Notes under the pieces: model-generated
Told to the model about the DNA's origin: nothing
Database searches by the model: none
What the model saw: only the letters and a program-made list of their open reading frames with translations
Position numbers and translations under genes: made by a program
Shown: positions 30,268 through 40,477 of the stretch, piece after piece
Layout: every line of letters starts with the position of its first letter
Numbering within the stretch: the first letter of the stretch is position 1
Assembly: GCA_031376505.1 (NCBI GenBank)
Contig: JANMDX010000256.1
Location: 8,682-72,681, forward strand
DNA: 64,000 nucleotides
Direction: 5' to 3'
DNA from: Acidobacteriota bacterium
GTDB lineage: Bacteria > Acidobacteriota > Vicinamibacteria > Vicinamibacterales > UBA2999

Positions 30268-31613
30268 GCGATGGCTTTGCGGCGCGGGGCCGGCATGACC
30301 GGTGTCGCGCTCTTCGACTTGGCGTGCGCGGACGCTAGCGCGGCCGTCCGAGAGCGAAATTCCCTCTGAAACGCCGCCAAGCCGGCAAATGTCAGCCAGG
30401 TCAGTTCGTTGTTCGCGGCGGCAATAAAGGCACCGCCGACGATGAAGGCGCACATGGACGCAACCGCGGCTGTGGCCGTAGTCACATAGTAATTCCGCTC
30501 CTCGTCAGTAAGGCCCTCTAGCTTTGCCGCAACAATCCGGATGCGTAACCCCGTGAAGATAGAATAGGCAAACGCCGCGATCCATAGCAGAAAACCGGCG
30601 TAGCCTGCCTCAGCGAGCACCTGCAGGTGACTGCTGTGGACCGCTCGGTGGCTGCCCCACAGACCGCCGGAATCATCGTAGTCGTCATACGCATCGTCGT
30701 ACCTGCGCACGCCGACGCCGAGGGGGTTTGCCTGGACCATCTTGAGCGCGATCCGCCAGAAATGCAGCCGGCTGATCGCAGAACCTTCGCCCACTTCCTG
30801 GTAGGTGCTAATGGTCTCGATCCGCTTCAGGTAGCCCTCGGGCATCGGCGCGAAGTTGTAGGTCAGGACTGCCGCCAAGCCAAGGCCGATCGTCCACAAG
30901 ATCGGCCGACGCTGGAGCAGCGCCAGAATCACCGCGAGCGCGACCAAGGCCAGCAGCCCGGCGCGGGAATTCGTGGCGATCACCGTGAGCACGCTCAGAG
31001 GAATGGCCGCAAGAAAACCCAACTTTATGAACCTCAGCCCGGGCAAGTCGGACAGCAACGTGGTGCCGGCACTGGCCATGAACGGAATCGACATGTTGAT
31101 CGCCAAGGCGTAGGCGTTGTTGTCCACGAATGTGCCGGACTGGCCTTCTGCAAAGCTTACGCCTCCGCCCACCAGTGCCACGACGCCGGCTTTCGCGGAG
31201 TAGAAGGCAAACGAGCCCGCCATGACGGCGAAATACTGGGAGATCTGTTGGCGAGACTTGAGGATCGTCACGGCCAGCATGGACACCGCGATCACACGGG
31301 CGAACTGGTCGACGAAGCTCCAATCCACCCTCAGATAGCTCGTCTCATGCGCGAGGAGGGTCACCGCCAGGAACAGCCAGCTCAGAATACTGAGCGGATG
31401 GGTAAAGTTCGGAAGAATGCCTGACAGCAGCGACGGGACGAGCAGCAGCAGGCCCGACACCAGCGACAGGTGATAGGGATACAGGTACCACCAGATCCAA
31501 TCGAGCGGGCGGAACAGCGTGAACCAGACGTACTGGAGCAGGGCGATGTGCCGGCTGAAGAGCGAGCCGGCAAAACCACACGCAATCAGAATGACGATTA
31601 AGAGGGAGCGCAT
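30264..31613 (-). CDS. O-antigen ligase/polymerase-like membrane protein (Wzy_C family)
   Basis: About 12 TM helices with a central periplasmic loop segment (TNSRAGLLALVALAV...) as in the O-antigen ligase family. Such a gene is a regular member of exosortase EPS loci. Confidence 0.8.
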   Translation of the reverse strand: MRSLLIVILIACGFAGSLFSRHIALLQYVWFTLFRPLDWIWWYLYPYHLSLVSGLLLLVPSLLSGILPNFTHPLSILSWLFLAVTLLAHETSYLRVDWSFVDQFARVIAVSMLAVTILKSRQQISQYFAVMAGSFAFYSAKAGVVALVGGGVSFAEGQSGTFVDNNAYALAINMSIPFMASAGTTLLSDLPGLRFIKLGFLAAIPLSVLTVIATNSRAGLLALVALAVILALLQRRPILWTIGLGLAAVLTYNFAPMPEGYLKRIETISTYQEVGEGSAISRLHFWRIALKMVQANPLGVGVRRYDDAYDDYDDSGGLWGSHRAVHSSHLQVLAEAGYAGFLLWIAAFAYSIFTGLRIRIVAAKLEGLTDEERNYYVTTATAAVASMCAFIVGGAFIAAANNELTWLTFAGLAAFQREFRSRTAALASAHAKSKSATPVMPAPRRKAIA

Positions 31614-31737
31614 CGTGCGGTTCGCAGGCCGAGATACGAATTCAGGTTACCACAGCGGTCTCGACCGGAGACGCAGGGACAGGCCGGGCGACGGCCGCGC
31701 GTGCGGCGGCACGCCACCACGAGCAGGCAGTTCTTGC

Positions 31738-34299
31738 TCAGAGAGCCCAGAGAAGTAGCGCGACAGTCGCGACGCCAACAGCCGAGACGACCAGGCGCCA
31801 CAGTCGCCTCACCGCAATCGCCCGCTGCGGTACGAACCTCGACGGGGCCGGCCACGACGTGGCTTCCGGCTGGTAGAGCGGCAGGCGCACGACGCAGTCT
31901 TCAAACCATGGCCGCGAGAAGCCATACGACAACAAGAGCACAACCGGCCTGGTACGGGTTCGCGTGGGCATTGCCGCCAGCATCTCGAGCGGGCGGCGGT
32001 GGAACCCGCCCGCGCAATCGAGAAAGCGCCGGCGTTCGAGGTCGGTCCCCGCATAGACCGCAGCCAGGTCGAAGACTTCCGACTTCCGGACATCCTGAGC
32101 GGCCCACGTCTCGGTCGGGAATTCGAGACGCTCTGGATGCTCGAGATACAGATGCTCGTGGTCGGCCATCCAGCGCGCGTAGTGCAGTAGCACGGTGCGC
32201 GCGTAATCCCAGCGCCCGTCGCAGCGGCCAAGTTCTTGGCGCGTCGACAAGTAGCGGCCGAGTGCCTGAAGAAGCACGGTATAGGACCAGCGCCGTTCGG
32301 CATCGAGCAGTGCCAGCGCGTCGAGGTCATCGCGGGGATGCACGACTCGCCGCACGAGCTCGTCGGCCTTTGCGATGAAGCGCTCGTCACGAATCAGCCG
32401 GTGCGCGTCAAGCAGCGTGAGAATCGCATTGGCGGCCCCGCGGCCAGGTCCGTGGTAGTCGCCAGACACGGTGGCGCTGGCACCGCCCGTCGGCGATGAA
32501 CACAACCAGGGCAGTGGCCAGCGGGCGCGGCGGCCGTCATCCATCGCAATCACCCAGTTGGCCAGGCTCAGCACCGCGTCGCGGCTGGTGGGATCGCCGG
32601 TCAGAAAATAGTGCAGGAGCAGGCCATGTGAATAGCAGTGCTCATTGGACGGCCCTCCACCGTCGAGCCCGGCATCCCGAGGATACGTGCGGTGGGTTGA
32701 CCGGCCGGCAGCGGTGTAGTGGGCGGTGTGCCAGAACAGCCCGCCGTTGTAAGCCGCGCGGTCCTGGGACGTCCAGTAGACGTCGATGTGCGAGACGTGC
32801 CTGGCCAGGTCGCGCGCCAACTGCCACCAGCGGTGATCATCGTGCCGCAAGGCCTGCAACGCGAGTCCGTACACCGCATCGTACTGATTGTTGTAGTGCG
32901 AGACGATCTGGCGGCCTGGCTCCGGCCCGTTCTCGTGATCCGCATACAGCTCGCCGTAGTGCCGCCATCCGTACTCGTCGATCCGCTCGCGCTTGGCGGC
33001 AAAGGTGTCGGCGCCGTCTAGCGCCGCGCCAATCAGGCGCTCATACACTGCATTCTCGCCCGGGCGAGCCAGCTCCAGGCCGGGCACGAGTTCGGCGGCG
33101 GCGACCGCCTGCACCTCGGGCAGGACGCTCGCGGGAGCGCGACGCCACTCGAGTGGCAGGTCGGTGACGCCATCCAGTCCCCAGCCGATCCAGAACTCGT
33201 AGTCGCAGCGCTCTCCGCCCTGGAGCTCGTGCGGATCGCGACCCGCCGGCAAACACGATACGTCCAGAGTGCCATCGGCGTGCACGTCCAGGGCCTTGGG
33301 GAACACCTCCCAGAAGCGTTCGGCCGCAACGCAGAGCATGCCGCTCGAACCCTCGGCCACCAGCACCGGATTTGCGCGCAGCCCTGCGACGCCGGCGGCA
33401 CCGGCCCGCCCGGTATACCCGCGATGGTCGAGGCTCACGTTGCCGTCGCAATTGAGGTGCGCGGGACTCTTCCAGTGTTCGCCGCCGCTCGAGTGTTGTG
33501 TCACCGCGAACGGCAAGGCGACCTCAGACAGGGGCGCGTCGTGTTCGAGCGACGCGCGGCACGTGTGAAGCGCCAGGGGGAGCGGCACACGAACGACGGC
33601 GTCGCGCAGCAGCACCGACCCCGCATCGCCCAGCTCCCAGAGCCCGCCGGGATGCAGGGCAGCCTTCGGGTTGTGCAGGCAGAGCTCCACGCCCATGACC
33701 GGCAGGCCGGCCAGGAACGTGAGCCGTAGACTCAGATTGAGCTGCACGCCCTCTGGACCCGACGCGTCCCCGTCGACGCGCAGCACGACCCGGAGTGGAC
33801 CGGTCACCTCGGCTTCAATGGCAGCGAGGCGCACGGGAATCGACCGCCCTTCTGCGTCGCGCAGCAGCACGGACGCACGCGGCGCGTCGATCACCGGCCG
33901 CCCCTCGTCGAGCACGGCCGTGAACGGATGGCCGAGGTCCAGATCCAGGTCGATCTGGCTTGAGCCGCTCGTGACCGACGCCCGACGCGCTGACAGGCTG
34001 AGGGCGACCGGATACGGCGCCACAGGTCCTGCGAGATCGTCGCGCACGAGAATCTCGGCGCCTCCAGGCGGCAGGTCGACGCGCGTGTCGAGCAGGGCCC
34101 AACGCACGCTGCCATCGGACCAGTGTTCGAGCGCGCGGGCCTGCGTGGGCAGCGCCTCGCCTGCCACCGCCACGAGCGTGGCGACGTCGCGCACGCGGCC
34201 GCGGGGTAGGGGCACGCCGACAGTAATCGGCTCGCCTCGCCTCGGCACGGCCGATGTGGGCCGCGCCGTCAAGCGGCCCAGCACACCGGGCGCCATCAT
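31738..34299 (-). CDS. Large three-domain protein, tentatively PcRGLX/YetA-like (polysaccharide lyase-like alpha/alpha toroid), with C-terminal TM anchor
   Basis: The N-terminus EPITVGVPLPRGRVRDVATL...EHWSDGSVRWALLD resembles the RIFT-barrel start of that family. The centre has DEYGWRHYGELYADHE...HYNNQYD...GGLFWHTAHY. The C-terminus has the hydrophobic helix LWRLVVSAVGVATVALLLWAL. Start at the ATG pair 34296/34299. Confidence 0.6.
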   Translation of the reverse strand: MMAPGVLGRLTARPTSAVPRRGEPITVGVPLPRGRVRDVATLVAVAGEALPTQARALEHWSDGSVRWALLDTRVDLPPGGAEILVRDDLAGPVAPYPVALSLSARRASVTSGSSQIDLDLDLGHPFTAVLDEGRPVIDAPRASVLLRDAEGRSIPVRLAAIEAEVTGPLRVVLRVDGDASGPEGVQLNLSLRLTFLAGLPVMGVELCLHNPKAALHPGGLWELGDAGSVLLRDAVVRVPLPLALHTCRASLEHDAPLSEVALPFAVTQHSSGGEHWKSPAHLNCDGNVSLDHRGYTGRAGAAGVAGLRANPVLVAEGSSGMLCVAAERFWEVFPKALDVHADGTLDVSCLPAGRDPHELQGGERCDYEFWIGWGLDGVTDLPLEWRRAPASVLPEVQAVAAAELVPGLELARPGENAVYERLIGAALDGADTFAAKRERIDEYGWRHYGELYADHENGPEPGRQIVSHYNNQYDAVYGLALQALRHDDHRWWQLARDLARHVSHIDVYWTSQDRAAYNGGLFWHTAHYTAAGRSTHRTYPRDAGLDGGGPSNEHCYSHGLLLHYFLTGDPTSRDAVLSLANWVIAMDDGRRARWPLPWLCSSPTGGASATVSGDYHGPGRGAANAILTLLDAHRLIRDERFIAKADELVRRVVHPRDDLDALALLDAERRWSYTVLLQALGRYLSTRQELGRCDGRWDYARTVLLHYARWMADHEHLYLEHPERLEFPTETWAAQDVRKSEVFDLAAVYAGTDLERRRFLDCAGGFHRRPLEMLAAMPTRTRTRPVVLLLSYGFSRPWFEDCVVRLPLYQPEATSWPAPSRFVPQRAIAVRRLWRLVVSAVGVATVALLLWAL

Positions 34300-34570
34300 C
34301 GGCCGACGGGCGCAGCTGCTGGGCAGCGGAACGCGAGACTGTGACAGATGGCCGCCATGTGTGCTCGGGTGTGCAGCCGGCCGCGCGACACGCGCACGGC
34401 GACGAAATTGTGCGGCGTCGAGCCCGCAGGTGCCGGATGAATTGCGCAGCAAACCGCCGACAACGGCCCGATCGTTACGATATCATACAGCGTATTCTGT
34501 CGCTCACCATGTCAGGCCTCCCGATTCCGACGCCACATTTGCGTCGGTCCATTCCGCGGTCGAGGCGTTC

Positions 34571-35743
34571 GTGATTGCCAGCAGCCGGCCCGTCCGCGTG
34601 CTGGAACTGCGCAGTGTGCGTGGCACGGGCGGCGGTCCGGAGAAGACGATCCTGCTCGGCACCGCGCTGACCGACCGGCGCAGAGCCGAGATTACGGTCT
34701 GCTACATCCGCGACGTGCGCGACGGCGTATTCGGCATCGACGCGTGGTCGAGGTCGCTGGGCATCCCGTATGTCGAGGTGCCCGAGCGTCGTTCGATCGA
34801 CCCGACGGTACTACCGGCGCTCAGGCGCATCGTGCGCGACCGCCGGATCGACATCGTGCATGCGCACGAGTACAAGACTGATCTGCTGGGGTTGCTGCTG
34901 GCGCGGCTTGACGGCGTGATCCCGCTGGCCACCGCACACGGCTGGACGGGGCACTCCTGGAAAGAACGGCGCATCTACTATCCCGCCGACCGCTGGCTGC
35001 TGGCGCGATACACGCAGGTCATTGCGGTGTCCGAAGAGATCCGGCAGGTGCTCATCAGGTCTGGGGCGCGTCCCGAACGCGTGACGACCGTGCTGAATGC
35101 GATTGACCCCGCGCAGTTCCGGCGCAACTCCGCGCAGGAGCCCTCGGCCCGTGCGGCGCTCGGGCTGCCGGCCGACGCCGTGGTGTTCGGCGCCGTGGGA
35201 CGGGCCGAACCGCAGAAGCGGTTCGACCTGCTCATCGAGGCGTTTGCCGTAATTGCCCGCGACCGAGCTGGGGCCCAGCTGGTCATCGTGGGCGAGGGGT
35301 CGAGTCTAGCGGCTCTGCGGCAACAGGTTGAGCATCTGGGAGCGACCGGCGCCCGCGTGCACCTGCTGGGGCATCGCAACGACGTCCCGATGCTGCATCA
35401 TGCGTTCGACGTGTTCGTGCAGTCGTCCGACTACGAGGGCACGCCCAACGCTGTGCTCGAGGCAATGGCCCTCGGTACGCCCGTTGTCGCCACCCGAGCC
35501 GGTGGCACTGTCGAGATCGCCCACGACGGCCGGCACGGCTTGCTCGTGGACTGCGGAGATCTCGACGGACTGGCACGAGCGATGGCCGCACTGGCCGACG
35601 ACCCGGCGCGCGGACGCGCCCTGGCCAAGGCCGCTCGCCAGCGCGTCGAAACCGACCTGTCGTTTGCTCGACGGGTCGCGATGCTCGAAGACCTCTACGA
35701 ACGGCTCATGCACGACTGCGGCGCGAGGAACGCCCGGGCATGA
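34571..35743 (+). CDS. Glycosyltransferase family 4
   Basis: VRVLELRSVRGTGGGPEKTIL N-terminus and a C-terminal EGTPNAVLEAMALGTPVVATRAGGTVEI motif. GTG 34571 is the first plausible start. The upstream 300 codons of the track ORF are antisense to the neighbouring gene. Confidence 0.85.
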   Translation: MIASSRPVRVLELRSVRGTGGGPEKTILLGTALTDRRRAEITVCYIRDVRDGVFGIDAWSRSLGIPYVEVPERRSIDPTVLPALRRIVRDRRIDIVHAHEYKTDLLGLLLARLDGVIPLATAHGWTGHSWKERRIYYPADRWLLARYTQVIAVSEEIRQVLIRSGARPERVTTVLNAIDPAQFRRNSAQEPSARAALGLPADAVVFGAVGRAEPQKRFDLLIEAFAVIARDRAGAQLVIVGEGSSLAALRQQVEHLGATGARVHLLGHRNDVPMLHHAFDVFVQSSDYEGTPNAVLEAMALGTPVVATRAGGTVEIAHDGRHGLLVDCGDLDGLARAMAALADDPARGRALAKAARQRVETDLSFARRVAMLEDLYERLMHDCGARNARA

Positions 35744-36333
35744 GGGCGGCCAAGTCCCTGGCCCGCGGCTTGGCGGGTGTGTTGGTGCTGCCAGTGCGCG
35801 CGTCACTCGAGGTGCGGACCCTCGTCATCGGGCGCGATCGCGCCTTCCAGGCGTCGGCAGAGTGGCTGGCGCTCGTGCCGGGTCTGCTTGGACAGTACGT
35901 GCGGCGCGCCTTCCTGGCGGCGACCACGCGCGGATGCGGTCCCGACACGGTGATTGGGGCGGGCTGCGTGTTCTCGACGACTCGAGTACGCCTCGACGGC
36001 AACGCCTACCTCGGACCGCAGTGCAATCTGGGCTGGGTGCACGTGGAGCGCGATGTGCTGATTGCCGCTGGCGTGCAGATCCCGAGTGGACCCCATACGC
36101 ACGGCAGCGCGCGGCTCGACATCCCGATCCGGGATCAGCCAGGCACGCCCGTCTGCGTCCACGTTCGCGAAGGCGCCTGGATCGGCAACGGGGCGATCGT
36201 CCTGGCCGATGTGGGACGGCACGCCATCGTGGCCGCCGGCGCCGTCGTGACCAGGCCGGTGCCCGACTATGCCATTGTCGGCGGGGTGCCCGCGAAGCTG
36301 ATCCGGTCGCGACGCGACGAGGCCAGCTCGTGA
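35740..36333 (+). CDS. Hexapeptide-repeat (LbH) O-acetyltransferase
   Basis: Left-handed beta-helix repeats (IGAGCVF..., VHVREGAWIGNGAIVLADVGRHAIVAAGAVVTRPVPDYAIVGGVPAKLI). ATGA overlap with the previous gene. Confidence 0.85.
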   Translation: MRAAKSLARGLAGVLVLPVRASLEVRTLVIGRDRAFQASAEWLALVPGLLGQYVRRAFLAATTRGCGPDTVIGAGCVFSTTRVRLDGNAYLGPQCNLGWVHVERDVLIAAGVQIPSGPHTHGSARLDIPIRDQPGTPVCVHVREGAWIGNGAIVLADVGRHAIVAAGAVVTRPVPDYAIVGGVPAKLIRSRRDEASS

Positions 36334-37517
36334 GGGTGCTGTACCTCACGCACCGACTTCCATATGCACCTAACCGCGGAGATCGCATTCGCGCTTTTCA
36401 CTTGCTCGAAGGCCTGCGCCAGGCCTTCGAGGTCGAGGTGGTGTCGCTCGTGCACGACGACCAGGAAGCCTCGCACGCCAGCGATGTCGCGGCGCGTGGA
36501 ATGAGGGTGTCCACAGCGCCGGTCGCCGGAGTATCGCGCTGGCTGCGCGCGCCATTGGCCTTGCCAGGCACCGAGCCCCTCACGCACGTGCTGCTCGACG
36601 CGCCCGCAATCGACGCCCTGCTGCGGCGCGTCGTTGCGGCGCGACGTCCGTCGGTAGTGGTGGCGTTCTGCAGCGGCATGGCGAAGTTCGCGCTCCGCGA
36701 GCCGCTGGCGCAAATCCCGTACGTGCTCGACATGGTGGATGTCGACTCGCAGAAGTGGCAGCAGCTCGGCGAGGTGGCCCGGCCGCCCAAACGCTGGGTG
36801 TATCGCCGGGAAGCGCGGGTGTTGTCGGCCTTCGAAACGCACGCCACTGAACGAGCCGTGACCACTCTGGTCATCAACGAGAAGGAACGTGCGGTGCTGA
36901 GCGCCATGGCGCCGACCGCCGACGTACGCGTGCTGCCCAACGGCGTGGACGTGGACGACTTCAGGCCCACAGGCCAGGCGCCGCCCTCGCGCACGGTGGT
37001 ATTCTGCGGCGTCATGAACTACGCGCCCAATGAAGCGGGCGCGTCGTGGCTCGTCACAAAGGTATGGCCGTCGGTTGTGGCACGACACCCTGACGCGCAG
37101 CTCGAGATCGTCGGGAGCGAGCCGTCAGTGGCCGTACGCGCGCTGGCGGCGCCGGGCGTGACCGTGACCGGGAAGGTGCCCCATACGCGCGACTACCTGT
37201 GGCGAGCCGCTGTCTCGGTGGCCCCACTCCACACCGCGCGCGGCCTGCAGAACAAGGTGCTCGAAGCACTTGCGGCCGGAGTGCCAGTCGTGACGACGAC
37301 CGCGGTGCGCGAGGGGCTCCCCGACGGGGTCGGCCGAGGCTGCACCGTGGCGGATGCCGCCGACCAATTTGCGGCAAGTATCGTGCGCCTGCTTGACATG
37401 AGCCCCGACGAGCGGCGCTCGCTCGCCTCCAGCGTCGACCTGTCAGGCCTGTCGTGGCACGGGCCGCGAGCGCAGATGATCGACGTCGTGCGAAGCGCGG
37501 CCGGGATTCACGTGTGA
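36330..37517 (+). CDS. Glycosyltransferase (PEP-CTERM/EpsH-associated sugar transferase type)
   Basis: VRVLYLTHRLPYAPNRGDRIRAFHLL N-terminus characteristic of this family; C-terminal GLQNKVLEALAAGVPVVTT. The GTG at 36330 overlaps the previous stop (GTGA). Confidence 0.85.
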   Translation: MRVLYLTHRLPYAPNRGDRIRAFHLLEGLRQAFEVEVVSLVHDDQEASHASDVAARGMRVSTAPVAGVSRWLRAPLALPGTEPLTHVLLDAPAIDALLRRVVAARRPSVVVAFCSGMAKFALREPLAQIPYVLDMVDVDSQKWQQLGEVARPPKRWVYRREARVLSAFETHATERAVTTLVINEKERAVLSAMAPTADVRVLPNGVDVDDFRPTGQAPPSRTVVFCGVMNYAPNEAGASWLVTKVWPSVVARHPDAQLEIVGSEPSVAVRALAAPGVTVTGKVPHTRDYLWRAAVSVAPLHTARGLQNKVLEALAAGVPVVTTTAVREGLPDGVGRGCTVADAADQFAASIVRLLDMSPDERRSLASSVDLSGLSWHGPRAQMIDVVRSAAGIHV

Positions 37518-37535
37518 TCGGCGATGAACACTTCG

Positions 37536-39818
37536 CTACGGCAAGGCCGCCAGTTGCGCCACGGCGTCGGCCGCGCCAGGGAACTTGCGGTCGAGTGCCA
37601 ACGCCGCCTTGAGCGATGCCTTGGCGCGAGCTGGCTCGTTGTTCTTTGACAGCGCCAGCCCGAGCCGGTAGTGGTACTCGGGATTGTCTGGGGCGAACTT
37701 CACGGCGTCTTCGAAGGCAGCGACCGAGAAGCCGAAGAGGTTGCGCCGGTAGTAGATGAGCCCGAGCGTGTCGCTCACCTCTGGCGATTCCGGCGACCCC
37801 ACCTTCGCCGTCTGCGCGAGTTGCAGCGCCACGTCGAGGTTCTCGCCGTCTTCCACTTTCATCCACGCCAGGTTGTTGGCCGCGACCACGGCAGACGCAT
37901 CGACCCGGAGCACGGCTTCGTAGGCCTTCTTTGCCTCGTCGCGCCGGTTGGCCATGTGGTGCAGCACGGCCACGACGGTCTTGGGCCCGACTGCGGTCGG
38001 CTGCAGGGCGGCCAGCCGCTGGAACTCTCGCAGCGCGTCCTCGAGGCGCCGATCGGCCACGTAGAGCTGCCCGAGCATCGAGTACGCCTCGAGCAGCGCC
38101 GGGTCGGCCTCGATGGCGCGCTTCAACAATGCCTCGGCGGTCTTGAAGTCACGGGTCTCGCCGTAGGCGCGCGCGGCCAGCACGAGCGACTTCGCGTCGG
38201 TGGGCGCTTTTTCGAGTGCGGTGTTCGCCGCCGCGAGCGCGCCCGCCACATTGCCGGAGGCGAGGCGGCTCGCCACCAGACCTCCGAGGGCTTCGTAAGA
38301 CGACGGCTGGGACACGAGGGCGGCGGCAAAGCGCTGCTCCGCCGCTTTCGGGTCGCGCCGCACGAGGCGAATCTGCCCCTCGAGCAGCTGTACGCGGGGC
38401 TCGTTGGGCAACTGCGTGGCGACCGGTCGCAGTTCGTTGGCGGCGTTGTCGGCCTGACCGGCGCCCACGTACGCGCGCACGAGTGCCAGCCGCGCTTCCA
38501 GGTGATTGGGCGCGTTGCGCACAGCCTGTTGCGCAACATCGATGGCTTTTTCGTACTGGCGCTCGGCAAGGTGGATCCGCGACAACTCGACCTGCGCCGG
38601 CACGTAGTTGGGTTCGAGGCGCAACACCTCGAGCAGCGAGGCCCGCGCTTCGCCGGCGCGCCGCCGCTGCAGCAGCGCCTGCGCCAGCCAGAAGTGGCCG
38701 GCTTCGTACTTGCTGTCAACAGCGACCGATTGCTGCAGGTCGGTCAGCGCCTCGTCGATCTTGCCGGCATCGAGCCGGAAGCGGCCCCGAAGCGCGAGGG
38801 CCTTGGCCGAGCGCGGCTGGGCCTTCAACAGCTCGTCAAGGTGGGCGTGCGCGGCAGGCTGGCGGCCTGCCATGTAGTCGATGGTGGCAAGCCGCAACTT
38901 CGCGTCGGCGAACTGGCGGCGGTCGCCTGACATCTTCTGGAGCCGCTCGACAGCTTCCGTCTCGCGGTTGGTCGCGAGCAACACTTCCGTGAGCAGGAAG
39001 CCGGCAGTGGCATCGCCCAGATCGTCGGCGAGCGAACGCAGATGGGGTTCAGCCTTCGACGCCTGATTCAGATTGACGTACAGCGATGCCAGCGCCCGCA
39101 GCGCCAGCGCGTTCTTTGCGTCGAGCGCCAGCGCTGACGCAAAGGCCTTTTCCGCGCCGGCCATGTCGCCAGACTGGAGCCGGTAGCTGCCAAGCGCCAG
39201 GTGCGCCTCGGGCGAGGTCGGGTCGACGGCGATTGCCTGGGCGTAGGCGGCCTCGGCCTCGGGCAGGCGGCCGCGCACACTCTGAATCGCCGCAAGCGTA
39301 GCGTGCGTGAGCCCGCGGTTCGGATCGAACTCGATCGCCCTCTTCAGTGACTCGGCCGCCGCCTCGTAGTCCTTCATGCCGGCCAGCGCATTGCCGAGCA
39401 GCACGTGCGCGGCAGCGTTCTTGGGCTCTCGTTCGATGACCTTCCGAGCCCGGGCCCGGGCGTCTTCGTAACGGGTCGCAAGCAGAAGATACTGGCCGGC
39501 CATCAGCTGCACCTTCGGTTCGTCGGGCAGGAGGTCGGCAGCGCGCACGTACTCGGGATACGCGGCTTCAGGGTTTCTGGAGTTCGAATACGCCTCGCCA
39601 AGCTGGAAACGCGCGCGGCCAAACGCCGGATCGATCTGAATGGCGGAGCGATACTCGATGATCGCCTCGGGGTACTGGCGTTGGGCGGCATATGCGTCGC
39701 CGCGTGTGAGGTGCTGCTGCTTCTCTGTGGCCGGATCACTCGAACAGGCCGCCGAGTACGCCACGAGTGCGGCGATCGCCACGAAGCGTGGCGCGCAAGA
39801 CAGACTGCGGGAAGACAT
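37536..39818 (-). CDS. prsT: PEP-CTERM system TPR-repeat lipoprotein
   Basis: Lipoprotein signal (FVAIAALVAYSAAC). The whole protein is TPR repeats. It sits directly downstream of EpsI and the exosortase. Start at ATG 39818. Confidence 0.85.
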   Translation of the reverse strand: MSSRSLSCAPRFVAIAALVAYSAACSSDPATEKQQHLTRGDAYAAQRQYPEAIIEYRSAIQIDPAFGRARFQLGEAYSNSRNPEAAYPEYVRAADLLPDEPKVQLMAGQYLLLATRYEDARARARKVIEREPKNAAAHVLLGNALAGMKDYEAAAESLKRAIEFDPNRGLTHATLAAIQSVRGRLPEAEAAYAQAIAVDPTSPEAHLALGSYRLQSGDMAGAEKAFASALALDAKNALALRALASLYVNLNQASKAEPHLRSLADDLGDATAGFLLTEVLLATNRETEAVERLQKMSGDRRQFADAKLRLATIDYMAGRQPAAHAHLDELLKAQPRSAKALALRGRFRLDAGKIDEALTDLQQSVAVDSKYEAGHFWLAQALLQRRRAGEARASLLEVLRLEPNYVPAQVELSRIHLAERQYEKAIDVAQQAVRNAPNHLEARLALVRAYVGAGQADNAANELRPVATQLPNEPRVQLLEGQIRLVRRDPKAAEQRFAAALVSQPSSYEALGGLVASRLASGNVAGALAAANTALEKAPTDAKSLVLAARAYGETRDFKTAEALLKRAIEADPALLEAYSMLGQLYVADRRLEDALREFQRLAALQPTAVGPKTVVAVLHHMANRRDEAKKAYEAVLRVDASAVVAANNLAWMKVEDGENLDVALQLAQTAKVGSPESPEVSDTLGLIYYRRNLFGFSVAAFEDAVKFAPDNPEYHYRLGLALSKNNEPARAKASLKAALALDRKFPGAADAVAQLAALP

Positions 39819-39831
39819 GGCGGGTGGACTC

Positions 39832-40473
39832 CTATTCGGGAACGAACCGCGACAGCAACGGAAAGATATCGGCGGCAAGAGCTTCGGCACGGCGGCTCGC
39901 CGCGCTGGCGTCTTCGCCTCGGGCCACAGGGCTCAGCACGCGCACAAGCGCGCCGTCGGTGCGGTTGCGCTGGGCGGCATCCCACACGAGGTAGGCCTTG
40001 CTCCAGTACTCGCTCGCGACGGTGCGGCCGCGCCCTTGGTACCAATACAGCGCCACTTGCCGGTCTTCGCCCTTCTGGATCACATAACGATTCACCTCGA
40101 CCGCACCCGAAGAGCCGGCGGCAATCGTGGTGCGGCCCGCTTGCACCGGCACCCAGCCCGCGCCCGGCAGACAGTTCATCGGAGAGTGGATGGTGTCGCC
40201 CTGCCGCTGGCTGCGGTAGTACCCGACAAACAGGCCGACCTGCGCCCCGGGAGACGCGTACGCACGCAACAGATAGTCATCCACGCCGAGCACGCGCATC
40301 GTGTCGAAGTCGAGAGGAGCGGCGTCGGTGCCCGTCCAGCGGCCGATCGCCATTGGAAAATCCGCCAACGCGTCGCGAGGCGCGGTGGCATCGGCCCGTT
40401 CTGATGCAGCAAGCGCGGCCGCGGCCGCACTGAGCGTCAGGAAGACCACGAAGAGTCGGGTGGTTAACGTCAT
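39832..40473 (-). CDS. epsI: Exosortase-associated EpsI family protein
   Basis: Signal/anchor, then DFPMAIGRWTG...DDYLLRAY....VGLFVGYYRSQRQGDTIHSPMNCLPGAGW, the hallmark EpsI core. Confidence 0.85.
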   Translation of the reverse strand: MTLTTRLFVVFLTLSAAAAALAASERADATAPRDALADFPMAIGRWTGTDAAPLDFDTMRVLGVDDYLLRAYASPGAQVGLFVGYYRSQRQGDTIHSPMNCLPGAGWVPVQAGRTTIAAGSSGAVEVNRYVIQKGEDRQVALYWYQGRGRTVASEYWSKAYLVWDAAQRNRTDGALVRVLSPVARGEDASAASRRAEALAADIFPLLSRFVPE

Positions 40474-40477
40474 GCGG

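Noticed and set aside
33671-34570. First ~300 codons of track ORF 33671..35743 (+)
   Set aside because: This part is antisense to the lyase-like gene and Arg/Ser/Pro-rich. Glycosyltransferase similarity begins at GTG 34571.
35328-36329. First 334 codons of track ORF 35328..37517 (+)
   Set aside because: This is an out-of-frame overlap of two well-supported genes (GT4 and the hexapeptide acetyltransferase). The recognisable GT N-terminus VRVLYLTHRLPYAPNRGDR starts at 36330.
37671-38930. 419-aa plus-strand ORF antisense to prsT (similar cases: 39405..40433, 27299..28384, 49076..50560, 55630..56505)
   Set aside because: These are shadow ORFs opposite strongly supported genes. None carries a recognisable motif.
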